From Harriotta raleighana (taxonomy: Eukaryota): 64,000 nucleotides of DNA. The position numbers and the translations under genes are program-made. Where the stretch lies: positions 284,344 to 348,343 of the forward strand of contig JBNZDD010013536.1 in assembly GCA_050575255.1 (NCBI GenBank). Direction: 5' to 3'. Each line of letters begins with the position of its first letter. The first letter of the stretch is position 1. Below, piece by piece: positions 21,876-34,560 of this stretch. The notes beneath the pieces were generated by a model that saw nothing but the letters and a program-made list of their open reading frames with translations, was not told the DNA's origin and searched no databases.

Positions 21876-22959
21876 ACAGTACATGTTATAGTGGTGTTTC
21901 TCTGTAAGTCTTATCTCCTCCGTCATGTAAACGGTCATTTATTAAGCCATCGGAAAATGAAGTCGATAAGACTTGCAGGGAAAAAACTTTATTTATTCAG
22001 CCATTGTATCCTCTTGGGGGCGGAAAGGAGGCAGGGGAGAGAGGTAAGCGGGATCTCATTGGAGCTACTGGCGAAGAAGGAATGATTTTCCCCCAAAAAA
22101 CTTAAGAGTTACGACAGGAATTTGCATTGAAAATCAATTTGCATTGAGACAATGGAGAGTCAAAATTTAAATGCACAAACTATGCAAAAGCCAAAGATAT
22201 GCACTCGAAAAAATCACAATTGGAGGTTCACATGAGGGAACATTTGTTAGACTGATACAAATCGTTTCACAAAGTTAACCTGAAAATGTAGAAAGTGATG
22301 GAAACAGTAGTAATTCATTAAATAAACATTGCAAACTAACTTTAAATGATAGGTATTTTTAAATACACATTTTCAAATTTAAGTTATCATGCTTTCGGAT
22401 CTCTGAAGGAAATGCTGAAGCCCTTCACAAAATACAGTATTAAGTGAATTGACTGTATATTTGGGTCAAATGTTTGACCCATTACAGTAGCTAACTGCGA
22501 TTGCTGTTTTAATCAATGCTAATTATTCATCACCTCATTTATACAGCAGATCAGAATCCGACATTTATTGATCCTATTGACTTGAACCTTGAACTACGTT
22601 TGCACAGTCGACAGCTTCTGGAACAGAACATACATTAGCTTGTACCAATTACAACCTGACCCATATTAGGAGGTGTATATGCAGCAGAAAATCGAACAAG
22701 AGAGTTTGATATACCTTTCCCAATCCTCTACTATATAAAGAACAACAATATTTGTGCACCTTTGCTCTGCTCTATGAGTGTAGGAAACATATTTGTAGTA
22801 TTGATATGAAGTAATATCAAATGGAAGGATTAGCAAGTATCATTACAACATTTTGTCCATAACGTAAACAGTATATTCTGCGCTCTCTCTTCGAGAGATC
22901 TCAACGATGTGAAACCACGCTACAATTATTATTATTATAATTACAGTAAAACATTTATA

Positions 22960-23228
22960 ATCTGAGACGTCTGAAAGCGCTTCACAAAATACAGTATTAA
23001 GTGAATTGACTGTATATTTGTGGACAAAATGTGACAGATAATTGCCCACAGCAGTATCCCACAAACAGTCGTGGATTTAAGTGACCAATCTATTATTTTT
23101 TTTTTTCTTGAGGAATTATTATTAGGCGTGCTTCATAAAGATATTTGCCCAAGATTTTGCCCAACTGAGAATCAAACCCAGGTTTCTTGCTTGTAAGGCG
23201 AGTGCTCTAACCACTGAGCTGCAGCTCT
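22960..23228 (-). mobile_element. SINE family 1
   Basis: Body and head GAGTGCTCTAACCACTGAGCTGCAG. Confidence 0.85.
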
Positions 23229-24929
23229 CCACTGGTTACAGTGATTTTATGATTAGGATCTTTTCTTTACCTTCACTATGCTGTACTATAAATTCCCAAG
23301 TCAAGTACAATTTTCCTGTTATGTTTTTGCTTAATGAAAAAAGTATTGGGCAGGTTGTTACACTGATTAAAAGAATACTTGTTTCGAAACTTAACACTGA
23401 TCTCTCAACAGAGCAGATTGTTATATCGGGAGCATTAAGGTTTACCAACATAATCATGAAATGACATTTACCCATCACAAACATGTGGGAAGCAAATACC
23501 AAATAAAATTGCATCCTATGATTGCTCCTTCAAATGCTCGTTCAATTGCGTGTTCTTCCACCCACATCCTGTAACACTCTGGCCTTGGATCTGAATCATC
23601 TAGCAATTTTGCATCAAAGATACCGAGGCAGAAATTTATGAATGTATTCCCTGCTGAGATCCCATGCCAAAATAGACAAAATGGTGAAATTAAGGGTCAA
23701 TGGTTTCTTCGAAGGTGCCCTGAGGTTCACAAGTATTCTGTGATCCAAACATTGAGTAAATGCAGGATAATTGTAATCTAATTTGAAATAATTGTCATTA
23801 TCTTTTGCAGTAAATTCGCTTCCAGCATAATTAATTCTAGCAAGGACACTTGAGAGGAATTTCAAGAAAAATTGCAACTTCTTCTGGTTCTTCTGGTACA
23901 GTAGCTCATTTGGTAATTACAATGACTGGAGTGAAAATGAGTCATACACACTCAGGAGATTTTCAGCTCAATCATATGAGAACGGAAAAGACTTAATTGG
24001 ATAGCACAACGTCTGCTTTTCGCATTCAGATACTTATAATTATTATTTTAATAATTATTAAAAAATAATTTTTGAATTCAAAAGTTTAAAAGTTAAAAAT
24101 CTTGTTCAGCAGTTGGGAATCAAAATCACAGGTTCTCTCTCAATTACAGAAACAAAATCCCTGCCAAAGTCACCGCAGAAAAGACAGCTGGAGAGAAACA
24201 TTCTCTGAAAGTCAATGAGGCGTTCCGTCTCAAAACTGTTGTTAAGGACAGTCAATAAACTCTTTCTTAATTATCACTGGTGTGTGTTGAGGAATACTTC
24301 AATTATCATTCCTATATAGAATTGCCTATATGCTTACCCTTCACTCCACTAACCAATGCCTCTGCTTGGCTGGCTCTGGCCTCCTGTTCATCCCTGGCTC
24401 CACCATCAGCAGTCCTCCTGTTTTCAGCCACTTAGCCCCGAAACACTGGAACTCCTCACCCCCCCCTCCCCAATCCCTCGGCCTTGCTTCCCCACTTTCA
24501 ACTCCCACCTAACATCCTTCGCTTTCGATCGTGGCTTACAGTCACTTCCCGCATCCACCGCCCTAACCGCCCAACCATCGGTGGCAGATGCAACCTCAAT
24601 CTCACGTCTCATCCGAAGGCCCAAATCTGACCATGTAACCTTGGTCCTGCATTAGACGATTATGGATGTGTTTTCTACATGGTTAACATGATCCGCTAAT
24701 TAGCCCCTATTGTTAATTCATAGTTTCTAACAAGGTTTTAAGATTTAAAGAGGAAAAATTGCAAAGTAAATTGCAGCTTGGTATCTGTCCAAATAGGGAG
24801 TTTATGGGAGGAGAAGTTGCTCCCATCACCACAAGGAGGATATTTAATGCTTACTTTATGAACCTTACAAAAGTGTGAGGGTTTAAGGAGGAACCCTGAT
24901 GTTAGTTATTTAACAGATTGCTTCCCGGC

Positions 24930-25171
24930 AGTAATAATAGTAATCCTTGTATTTGACATAACACTTTTTCACGTCTTCTAGACGTCTCAAAGCACTTCAC
25001 AGAATATACAGTAAAGTGACTTAACTGTATATTAGTTGGTGAAACGTGGCAGCCGATCCCACACACAGGCGTGTGGAGTAAGGACACTTGCCCAAGGTTT
25101 CTCCCTACTTGAAATCAAACCCAGGTCTCTCATTTGTAAGATGTGTGCTCTAAACATTGAGCTATAGGACT
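24930..25171 (-). mobile_element. SINE family 1 with internal deletion
   Basis: Tail at 24930; head TGCTCTAAACATTGAGCTATAGGAC. Confidence 0.85.
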
Positions 25172-25184
25172 CACTGGCATGTAT

Positions 25185-25680
25185 GTCAGTCTGACACAGT
25201 GGAAGCACTCTTGTTTCTGGGTTAGAAGGTTGTGGGTTCAAACCCCACATTGGGACTTAGAATCACATAGTCTAAGCTGACACTCCAATGCAGGGATGAG
25301 GTTTCATTGTCGTAGGTGCTGTTTTGAGGTTGAGATNATTGGGACTTAGAATCACATAGTCTAAGCTGACACTCCAATGCAGGGATGGTGGTGAGGTTTC
25401 ATTGTCGTAGGTGCTGTTTTGAGGTTGAGATATTAAACATGTGTCCTATCTGCCTGCTCAGGTTATTAAATATCTTATAGCACTAATCCAAAAAAGAAGA
25501 GAATTTCTTCTGGTGTCCCGGCCAGCAATCCTACAAATAAAATTGAACACTCATTCCATGGCTGTTTGTGGTATTTTGCTATGTGCAACCTAATGCTGTA
25601 TTTTGCCTACAAATTACACAGTCAATCCACTTTACAGTACAGTATAACTTGGCAAGTGCTTTGCGATGTCTCGACAGTGT
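25185..25680 (+). mobile_element. Deu-domain SINE (family 2), near full length
   Basis: Head AGAAGGTTGTGGGTTCAAACCCCAC, core TCTAAGCTGACACTCCAATGCAG..GGTGTCCCGGCCAGC, shared tail. Confidence 0.8.
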
Positions 25681-25706
25681 GTTGTGAAGTTTTGAAGCTG
25701 TGTGGC

Positions 25707-26058
25707 GCTCCTGTGGCTCAGTGGTTAGAGCACACGCCTTACATGCCTTACAAGCATGAGACCTGTGTTCGAATCCAGGCAGATCAGGGCGAAACCTTGG
25801 GCAAGTTTCCTTACTCCACACGCCTAATAATAATCTCTCCAAAAAAAAAAACACAATAATAAAATTGGTCATTTCAATCCATGACTGTTTGTGGGGGGGA
25901 CGCTGCTGTGCGCAATTGGCTGCCGCATTCCGCCCACAAATATATACAGTCAATTCACTTTACAGTATATTCTGTGAAACGCTTTGGGACGTTGATAAGA
26001 TGTGAAAAGCGCTATATCAAATGCAAGGATTATTATTAAATGCAAGGATTATTACTAT
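25707..26058 (+). mobile_element. SINE family 1, full length, young
   Basis: Head CCTGTGGCTCAGTGGTTAGAGCAC; CpG-rich body; duplicated terminal TGCAAGGATTATT. Confidence 0.92.
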
Positions 26059-26734
26059 TTGTCAACTGTTTCCATACTTTAGCCATATCCGTAAAATTGA
26101 CAACCTGCAGAATATCTCCCTTAAATTGCGATTACCAAAGTTTCCATCCGAGAAGAACAAGGTAATGACCTATGAAATGTGCGGCATTATATAGCAATCC
26201 TCTTATCTTCAATAACTCCCAATACAGACCACCAGATGGTGCATGCACATTGATGATTACAGAGCTGCTCATCTGGAACATTTTTCTCACTTGCTATATT
26301 GCTTTTATGCTATGAAGCTCATCTGTTCGTCCAACACAAATGGAGGCTCTCTTAGGCTGTTAGATTCAGTGCTGATTTTTAAAATCAATATCCGCAAATA
26401 TTTAAATAGATCCAATAATGTTTTTAAATCATCTGCAAAAGATGCGAGAATGTGTACGTTTAGTCCAAGCGTGTTAGGATTAGCTGGAATTAGCTCCTTT
26501 TTTTAATGCTTTATCACTTGACTGAATCAGTTACACAGGGCAACCTCAAATTAATAGTCAATAAAGCAATTATTTAGCCCTTACTAATTTTTAATCAAGA
26601 TACTGATTTGCTACATTATTATAATAATCCTACCATATTAGGAAAACACAACAGTCAATTTGAGCCCAGCGAAGTCTTACACACAAATGTCCAAGTTATC
26701 TAGAGGATTATAATATATAATAATAAGAAGAAGA

Positions 26735-27060
26735 AAACTTGCCCAAGCTTTCGCCCTGACCTGCCTGGATTCGAACACAAGTCTCACGCTTGTAAGACGA
26801 ATGCTCTAACCACTGAGCTGCAGGATCTCCACAAGTCCTGTTTCCAGTACGTTTGGGAGAAACACCTTCTCGTGTCAGTTAACAACACAAGATCTTTATT
26901 GTCCACCTGGAGAGGCAGAGCCTGATCTTGATCTCATAGAATGGACGGCATCTCTGACAATACAATACTCTACTCTTATTAGAGTCTCAGCCTACAAGAT
27001 GAGCTCGACATTCAAAGTGGGGCAACCTTCATTCTCAGACGGGAGAAGGCTACCAAACAA
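26735..27060 (-). mobile_element. SINE family 1 head plus Deu-SINE fragment
   Basis: TGCTCTAACCACTGAGCTGCAGG at ~26801-26824; reverse Deu core at 26860-27060. Confidence 0.7.
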
Positions 27061-27854
27061 TAATCTATATTCATAGAGTGCCTTTCACATTGAATTGCAA
27101 ATGTAACCTAGCTGATCACAATATAAGTGATGTATTCCAACCAAAAGCAATATACAGTGTATAGTTTCCCACAAAACACAGTCACTCCCCTTTACAACAT
27201 ATACAAATGTAATTTTCTTGTTGTTGTTATATCTGTGAAGCATTTTAAGATATCCTCCCGATGCGAAAGAGCTATGTCAAATGTAAGTATTATTATTATA
27301 ACTATTACATCTGAAGCCAGAAAATATATCCTTGCATAGAAAGTTCAATTGGGGATTTAAAAAAAAAAATTGAACTCTATTTCATAAGTATGATTCTCAA
27401 TCGCGCTGCTCCATAACATCAATTATTCTAAAGGTGAAATAAAACTCAATGGGCATCAGGCCCAGACAATTATTCTGGGATTGATTTGAAAACATTTGGC
27501 CATGCTGTCAAGGTTAACAGAGCATTCAAAAAAATTATCTCACCAGTGACTTTGCTATCCAGATGTTCCTCATTCATCTGAAGACCATTATAACACTTTA
27601 TCCTCAAATGAGGTGCTTTCTTCGAGTAGTAATGAATAGAAACCTGCACCTCATCAGGACAAACAGCTACAGTAAGGGCAAGATCCCTTTACTTACTCAA
27701 AGTTTCTAGTTAGGCTTGAGCAAGTTGATGCCTTCAGGTACTAGACCACTAATTGCATAGCCAGTATCTGATTATATTACGTTAAGTATTCAGTATTTTT
27801 TATTTAGTTACAGGTGTACACATTTGTCCTGTTTCTCACTCACCATAAAAGCAA

Positions 27855-28118
27855 AAAACCTGGGTTCGATTCCGGACAAGGTGAAATCTTAGGCAAGTTT
27901 TCTTATTCCACACGCCTAATAATCCCTAAAAAAAAATTAATTGGTCATTTTTCCTGACGATCTGAGGGACACTGCTATTCACAATTGGCTTCCGCAGCTT
28001 GCCACAAATATGCAGTCAATTCACTTCACAATATATTCTGTAATACGCTTTGAGACGTCTAGAATATGTGGAAAAAACGCTATGTCAAATGCAAGGATTA
28101 ATTATTATTATTATTATT
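27855..28118 (+). mobile_element. SINE family 1
   Basis: CCTGGGTTCGATTCC B box through (ATT)n tail. Confidence 0.85.
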
Positions 28119-29609
28119 AAATACAGTGTATGTAATTCAGAAAATTAAGTGAATAACCAAATGATTTGGCAGATTGTTGAGCAGAACATTAGGAGAAACG
28201 CTCTTCTCTTTGCAAATACCGTATTGTCAAAGATCCCATGACATCTACTTGAACAGATATAGAGAACCTTGGTTTTAGGTCTCATCATATGCCATGAGCT
28301 CAAACTCTCACTGTGATTCAGAGGTGAGAGTGCTACGAAGCGAGCCAGGCTGATATCTGGCTCAGAATATAAAACTGTACTTTTATTTCTATCAATTATA
28401 CTTTGCAGCTTTCACAAAATATTGCCCTCTGTTCTAATAGTTCTGAGCTGGTCAGGAGTCAAAGGAACTCTATTACTTGTCTAATTCTCTGAAGGGGGTG
28501 ATTGGTTCACACCCTGTCACACATTATAGTATTTTCAATTGATTCAGACAAACAATCGGAAGGCTGCAAGTTAAAGTGATTGCTGATGGAAATAGCGATT
28601 ATGTTGTGATTCAAATTAACTCTGCAAGTTTGGAGACACTGCTGTTTGTAGTTGATTATGTGCAGAGGTGATTGTCACAATATCCTCCACAGCCACAGGA
28701 TATGTCATTTTAAGTGTCGTCGCTTTATTCTACTTTTAATAGAAACTCATATTGACATATGGTGATACCATGTCCCGAGGATACTTTCATACAAACACTA
28801 TCTCAAGCCCCGGAGGAATAAAAATCAAGAATTTTTTTTACAATTCAACATTTTGTGCAGGAAATGAGGGTCATATTGCAACAATAACAATCCTTGCAAA
28901 TGGTACACCACCTTTTATATCAGGAAGATATCTCAATCTCATAATACAGTACTGGAGCAATTGTATTTCTAGACAAACGTGGCAGCCCATTTGCACAAAG
29001 CAACAATCCACTGTACCATCCTCAGCTTGTTCATCTTAACAAGGATATTAAGCTTGTATTTCCATTGCTGAAATATTAGCTTTCCACTTGTAATAGAATA
29101 ACATGGACTAGACGTGAATGAAATCGGAAAGCACATTATATACATTGCATTTAATACGAGATGATGATTTATAGTAAATATGACAAAATACATGAATCAT
29201 AGTACTGCATCACTCAGATTGCTGCACTGAAGGAAGCCCATTCAGCCAATGTGAGTTTTAGGCGCCTCCATTAGAGTTAACTACTCTAATCTTAATTACC
29301 TGCTCATCATTTGTTTTGTCATCCAGTGTCTGACAGCTGGGAAAATCCTCCTCCTTGGCCCCCTCCAATCTCTTCTGAGCTGCAACTCCGACCGCCTTAA
29401 TCTCCATGGCTTATCCCTCAGTATCATTCAACTTCTACACAATCTAAGCATAAAGTTCAATCCCAAACGGTTCTTCCTATCTCAAATCTCCGAACAGGAC
29501 AGCCTTCCTCCACTTACACCACATAAAAGTTACAATGTAAAGAAACGTTGCCACATCCATTTGTCGGAACTGTTCATATATTGAAATTGAACAGTATTGG
29601 ATCCTTCAC

Positions 29610-29830
29610 TACTAGAATCATGGAATGTTATGGTAGAGAACGGGGACCTTGAAGACCATTAAACCTATTTTAATGTTTTTTTCCCACTTGAAGTCTCCAA
29701 TCTAATCCCGCTCTTCTACTTGATCCCCGTAATTCTAATGATAGTTTCATTCTATCTAATTTTTTGTTGAGCATGTTTAATGGGCTCTTCTTGTGTGTGG
29801 AGTGAATTCCGCATTCCAACCACCCTAGGT
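29610..29830 (-). mobile_element. degenerate CR1 3' end
   Basis: TAGAATCATGGAATG...GAATTCCGCATTCCAACCACCCT. Confidence 0.5.
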
Positions 29831-30782
29831 GTGAAATATTATGTTCAGAATATATAAATGTTCTGAACTGTAGTGCTTATCCAGCTTGATCCCAGGGGTG
29901 TGATGGCATCATCATTTTCAAACACGTTCATGCCACCAGTAAAACACATTTAGCAGCGGTCAGAGGTGGCACTTTTGCTAAACAAATCATGGTGATAAAT
30001 GTTCTGGCAAGGGTTGCATTTAGATTTCAAACATGCCTCGTTATTGGCATAACAAGTTTGCATGTGGTTTGATACAAGTGCAAAGAGTTGTTGGAGCAAA
30101 ACAAAGTGCAAGAGGCACTGGGCTGGAAGATTGTCCTTTAAATTCTGATACTCGGGATTAAATCTAGTTTAGACTGATGACATGCCTTTTCGACAAATTA
30201 AAGATTTTTCCTATTAAACTACCAATGGAAATAAATGCAAACTTGTTATTGGCCAATAAAGGGAAATGGTGGTATGAAATAAAGGACACCAAAGGGGTTT
30301 TACTTTTGTCTGTCTTCAATAAATTACATTTATATAGTACCTTACACATTGGGAGGACATTTTAAAGCACTTGATACAGTTTGAGCTGGGAATGAAAGGA
30401 ATGTGGAGGGTCGGGGGAAGGTAATAATAATGATGCTTGCATTTGATATAGAGCTTTATCATATCATTAAGATGTCTCAAAGCTCTTCAGGGTCAAAAGG
30501 AAAAGCACAGTCAAAAGGAAAGGTCTGAAAATATGCTTTAAATGGTGACGATGGATGGGGAAAGGTGGAGGGACTCATGGAATCCACCAATGATGGGTCA
30601 GATCAAGCAGAGGACATGCATCCAACAGAGAGAGCAGCCATGGTGGTATGGTTGTAGGAGGTTACAGAGGTAGGCAAGGGCGAAGGCTTGGAAGAATTTG
30701 AAATGAGGACAAAGATGACCAATTTTTATTTGAGGGATTATTATTGGGCATGTGGAGTACGGAAACTTGCCCAAGGTTTCAC

Positions 30783-31085
30783 CGGTTTAACCAGTTTTTG
30801 CAGGTTTAATCAGCGAAACTTAAGACTCCCACTGCTTAAGGGTTTCACAAGGTGAACATGAGCTGAGTGGGAAGAATCTCTGCCCCAGCGACTTGTCTGA
30901 ATATCCAAATCCTGCCAATGACTGGTCTGTCAACACGAGTGCCCTGGAGTAATGAGGACCTGCCTAGCTCAGGAACCTGACTGTGAAGATCGTCATAAAG
31001 GATGGACTCAATTTCGACATTCTGTTGACAAGCATGTCATCTTGGAACTAGATCAGCTCCAACTAGAAGTAACTTACCTCTGCCT
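30783..31085 (+). repeat. module A of unclassified repeat with adjacent spacer
   Basis: GTTTAACCAG spacer, CCCACTGCTTA, GAGCTGAGTGGGA, TGGTCTGTCAA..GTGCCCTGGAGTA. Confidence 0.7.
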
Positions 31086-31149
31086 AGGGGAATAGATAGC
31101 TAATTCAACAAGTGGAATCTTCAACTGAACTTGAGTACATAACCATGTC

Positions 31150-31410
31150 TCAGTCTGGCTCAGTCACCTCTGAGTCAGAAGGCAATGGGTTTGAGGCCCC
31201 GTTTGTCAGCTAAGGGATGCTACGGTAATATTCAAAGTTTCTCCTGGTGTCTTGGCCAACAGTCTCCCAAATAAGATTTGTCATTCACTTCATGGCTGTT
31301 TGTGGGCCATGGGGGGGGCACAAATCGGCTGTTGAATTTGCTTACAAGTCACTGTGAAGTACATTCCTGACCTGAGCCGCACAATATCAAATGCAAGGAG
31401 TATTGTTATT
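31150..31410 (+). mobile_element. Deu-domain SINE (family 2), deleted
   Basis: CCTCTGAGTCAGAAGG head, GGTGTCTTGGCCAAC core, shared tail. Confidence 0.7.
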
Positions 31411-32789
31411 ACTATAGTTTGAGTTAACCAACCAATACTGTAATTCGATAGCAAAAATCTCTGACAGATCATTGCAAGTCATTCAGCTGCTACCGTTTAA
31501 TGTCAATAAATCACTTTTACACTGCAAGAAATTAAAGGTTACTTTTGTATATTTAGTGCCACATATACAATAACAACTTCCATTTATTATAGTGGTTTTC
31601 ACGTGGGGTAGTGTCTCAGAGCACCTAATGCCACATACGCTTTCTTAAATGATGTAATTTTGATCACAGTGAAAATAAGTGTTGCTGAAGAAATGTTACT
31701 AAGGTTCACTGGGGACATATTCTTTCAATTGATATTTCATTTGATAGTTCTCACCCTCTATCACAAAAATCATCAGAATTGTTTTTTCAAACACGTCACA
31801 GTTGCTTAGCTACTTTTCAGGATTATGAATGTCATTATTTCTGAATTGAACTGCTGTAGGGAGCACACTGGGCCACATCTCAGTGGGTCTGAGCAAATCC
31901 AAATAATCTGAACAAACACATTTTGTAGGATAATAAATAATAATCCTTGCATTTGATATAGCGCCTTACCATGTCTTGAAAACATCTCAAAGTGAATTGA
32001 CTGTATATTTTGTGGGTGAAAGGTGGCAGCCAATTGTCCACACCTCTGTTCCATTTGCATGGTGCTTACAACTGTATCAGAGCCACTGAAACTGATTAAA
32101 TCAGTCTCCTAGAGAAACGTAATGCCAGTAATAATAATTATTAAGTTACACACACGGGATAGGGTACGTTGTAATGTTTTCTGTGTTGAGATACCGCTGT
32201 ACTTTGTGAATGTGAAGTTTTGTTGATATTTTCATGCTTGCTCCTTTTGCGACATAACCTGCAAAGTGACTGGGATAAAAGATCTTATAATCCTCAATGA
32301 AAATAAACCGTAATCCACGAGCGAAAGCATTCGAGGAGGGATGTTCTGCTCACTGTAAGTATGGTGTTCGGAATTACCCATAAAAGGACAACTCACTTGT
32401 AAAATACCGCATCCTTATGATCTAAAATGTTGTATTATCCACTATGTTCTTTTATAAAAGGATATAAAGGTGCTGAATACAGCAGACTGCTCAAATAGTA
32501 TCACTGGTACCTCTCGATTCCATGGAAACTGAGAAAGGCTTGGAAATAATGGGAAACAAAGTGAATTTGATGTGGACAATAACAACATCCAGTTACCTCT
32601 GATCTACCAATAATAATAGTACTTGCATTGTATGGGGCACATCATCACTTTGAAACCTCTCAAAGAGTTTTACAGCAAAGTTTATTGACTATTTATTGGC
32701 AAACACAGTAATCAATTACGTTTGCTTATGTCTCACAAACATCCAGCCCTGGAAAGTTATTGTTTTTAGAATGGATTTGATAGGTTAGG

Positions 32790-33140
32790 CCTTTGTTGCC
32801 TAGAGGATAGACATGTAAAAGAGATGTTTAGAAATAGAGGTGGTTTTTATAGAAATATAAAAGGGTTCGATATGTTGTGTATTTCCATGAGGAGTCTGTG
32901 ACTAGGGGTAGCTTCCAAGGAATACAAAAAAGAATTTAGGAGGAACTGCTTGAATCAGTGGTTGAATTAGATAGTATAGATGTATTCACAGGGAAACTAG
33001 ATTTTCACCTGAATGAGAGGGAAACAGAAGGATTCAGATAGGAGTAAAAGATTGGGCGGAGGCTCTTGTGGAGTATAAACACTGTCACGGTCTGGTTAGG
33101 CCAAGTGATCTGTATACTATTGTAAATCTTTGAAAATCTA
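32790..33140 (+). mobile_element. degenerate CR1 3' end
   Basis: TAGAGGTGGTTTT..AGGGTTCGATA..GACTAGGGG..GGGCGGAGGCTCTTGTGGAGTATAAACAC. Confidence 0.65.
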
Positions 33141-34127
33141 TGAAATGAATATTCATTCTTTGAGGGATTGTAAGCCAAGAAAGTACTACCAACTGAGCCA
33201 ATATTCGGAATGTCTTAGCTTTCCTCTACAGTTTTTTTTCTCCACCTATTTTGTCCTGTCCCGGGATCAGTGTTGGTCTCTTTCTTGTTTTCCCACCAGG
33301 GTTCCTCTCCATGACTGCCTGACACTCGCTTTGTTCAATTGGACACAATTGCTTGCACGCAAACCTCAACAGAATCCAGAGCTTGTTGACAGTCTAGTAA
33401 AAGATTAAAGGCCAGCTAAGTAATATTAATCTTTGTTAAGATTTTTTCTAAAAACGAAAGCCTGGATTAAGGTAGCATTTTGATTTGCCTTGTTAATTAA
33501 TGATTACTGCATTAATATTTTATAATTAAAAGCTAAATCGACTGACTCTGTATGATTTTTTAAAAAAAAGTGAGACAGTCAACGCCAAGGGAAATATTGG
33601 CAGCAGCAGTATATACTGTCCATAGGTTGTGGACACAAACTAATCTCTGGAAACAACATAAATTGTCTTCTCAGTTGTACAGAAGGAAACATTTAACACT
33701 TATCTAAATTGCTGCAGATCTCTTCTGCCTTATACAATTGAGCTAAATATGCTCATCACTATTCTTTGTCATGCAACTTCTTATGGAATTTCATTATTAA
33801 CTCAATTACAGCCTGTCTCACTTTTTTCTTCCACTTCATTAACATGCACATCGCAGGCTTGTGTCAGTAAAATTGCATTACTCAGGTCATGTTTAATCGG
33901 ATTCTGGGCCTTCATTAGGACCTTCACTGAGAGATGATGTTCAAGCTTGTCATCTTGAAGCATAAACTTCATTGTCATCCCAGCCTGTCCCACGAGTCAA
34001 CATCTATTCGTCAGCGACTATTGTCTATAATTACTTTAATTCATATAGCAATAATTTCATCTCAAGATAATTTTATAACTTTATAAGCTTTCAAGCTGCC
34101 AATTGTTTAGCCTGGAATATTGTCAAC

Positions 34128-34560
34128 AGCAACAAAAATACATTTGTAGAGCGCCTTTCACGTCAGGAGGACGTCCCAAGGTGTTGAACAGTCAGGTCAG
34201 GATCCAAGCAAGGGGGAGGGGCAGGATAGGGGATGGAGAGAGTTAGGAGGGGAAGAGAGAGTTGGGAGGGCAGCAGAAGGCATGATCGAAGACTAGGGTT
34301 TTCAGACCGGCCTTGAAGGAGGGAAGGGAGGAAACAAGGTGAAGGGACTGTGGGATGGAGTTCCAGACTGTGGGGGCCAGAAAGGCTGAAAGCCTGGTCA
34401 CCGATGGTAGGGCGGGTCAGGCGGGGGTTATGGAGCAGACCAGAGACCGCTGAATGGAGTGGGCAGCTGTTTGGAGAGATAGGAGAGGGCACGGCCATGA
34501 ATGGCCTTAAAAGTGAGGAAGAGTATTTTGAATTTAGGAGGCTGGGAAGCCAATGGAACC
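34128..34560 (-). mobile_element. L2 3' end
   Basis: GCGCCTTTCACGTCAGGAGGACGTCCCAAGG tail; translation RPTIGDQAFSLSGP. Confidence 0.9.

Noticed and set aside
27601-27660. Minus-strand CTGATGA...GAAA as a hammerhead
   Set aside because: No stem II closes between the motifs; the sequence forms a simple hairpin instead.
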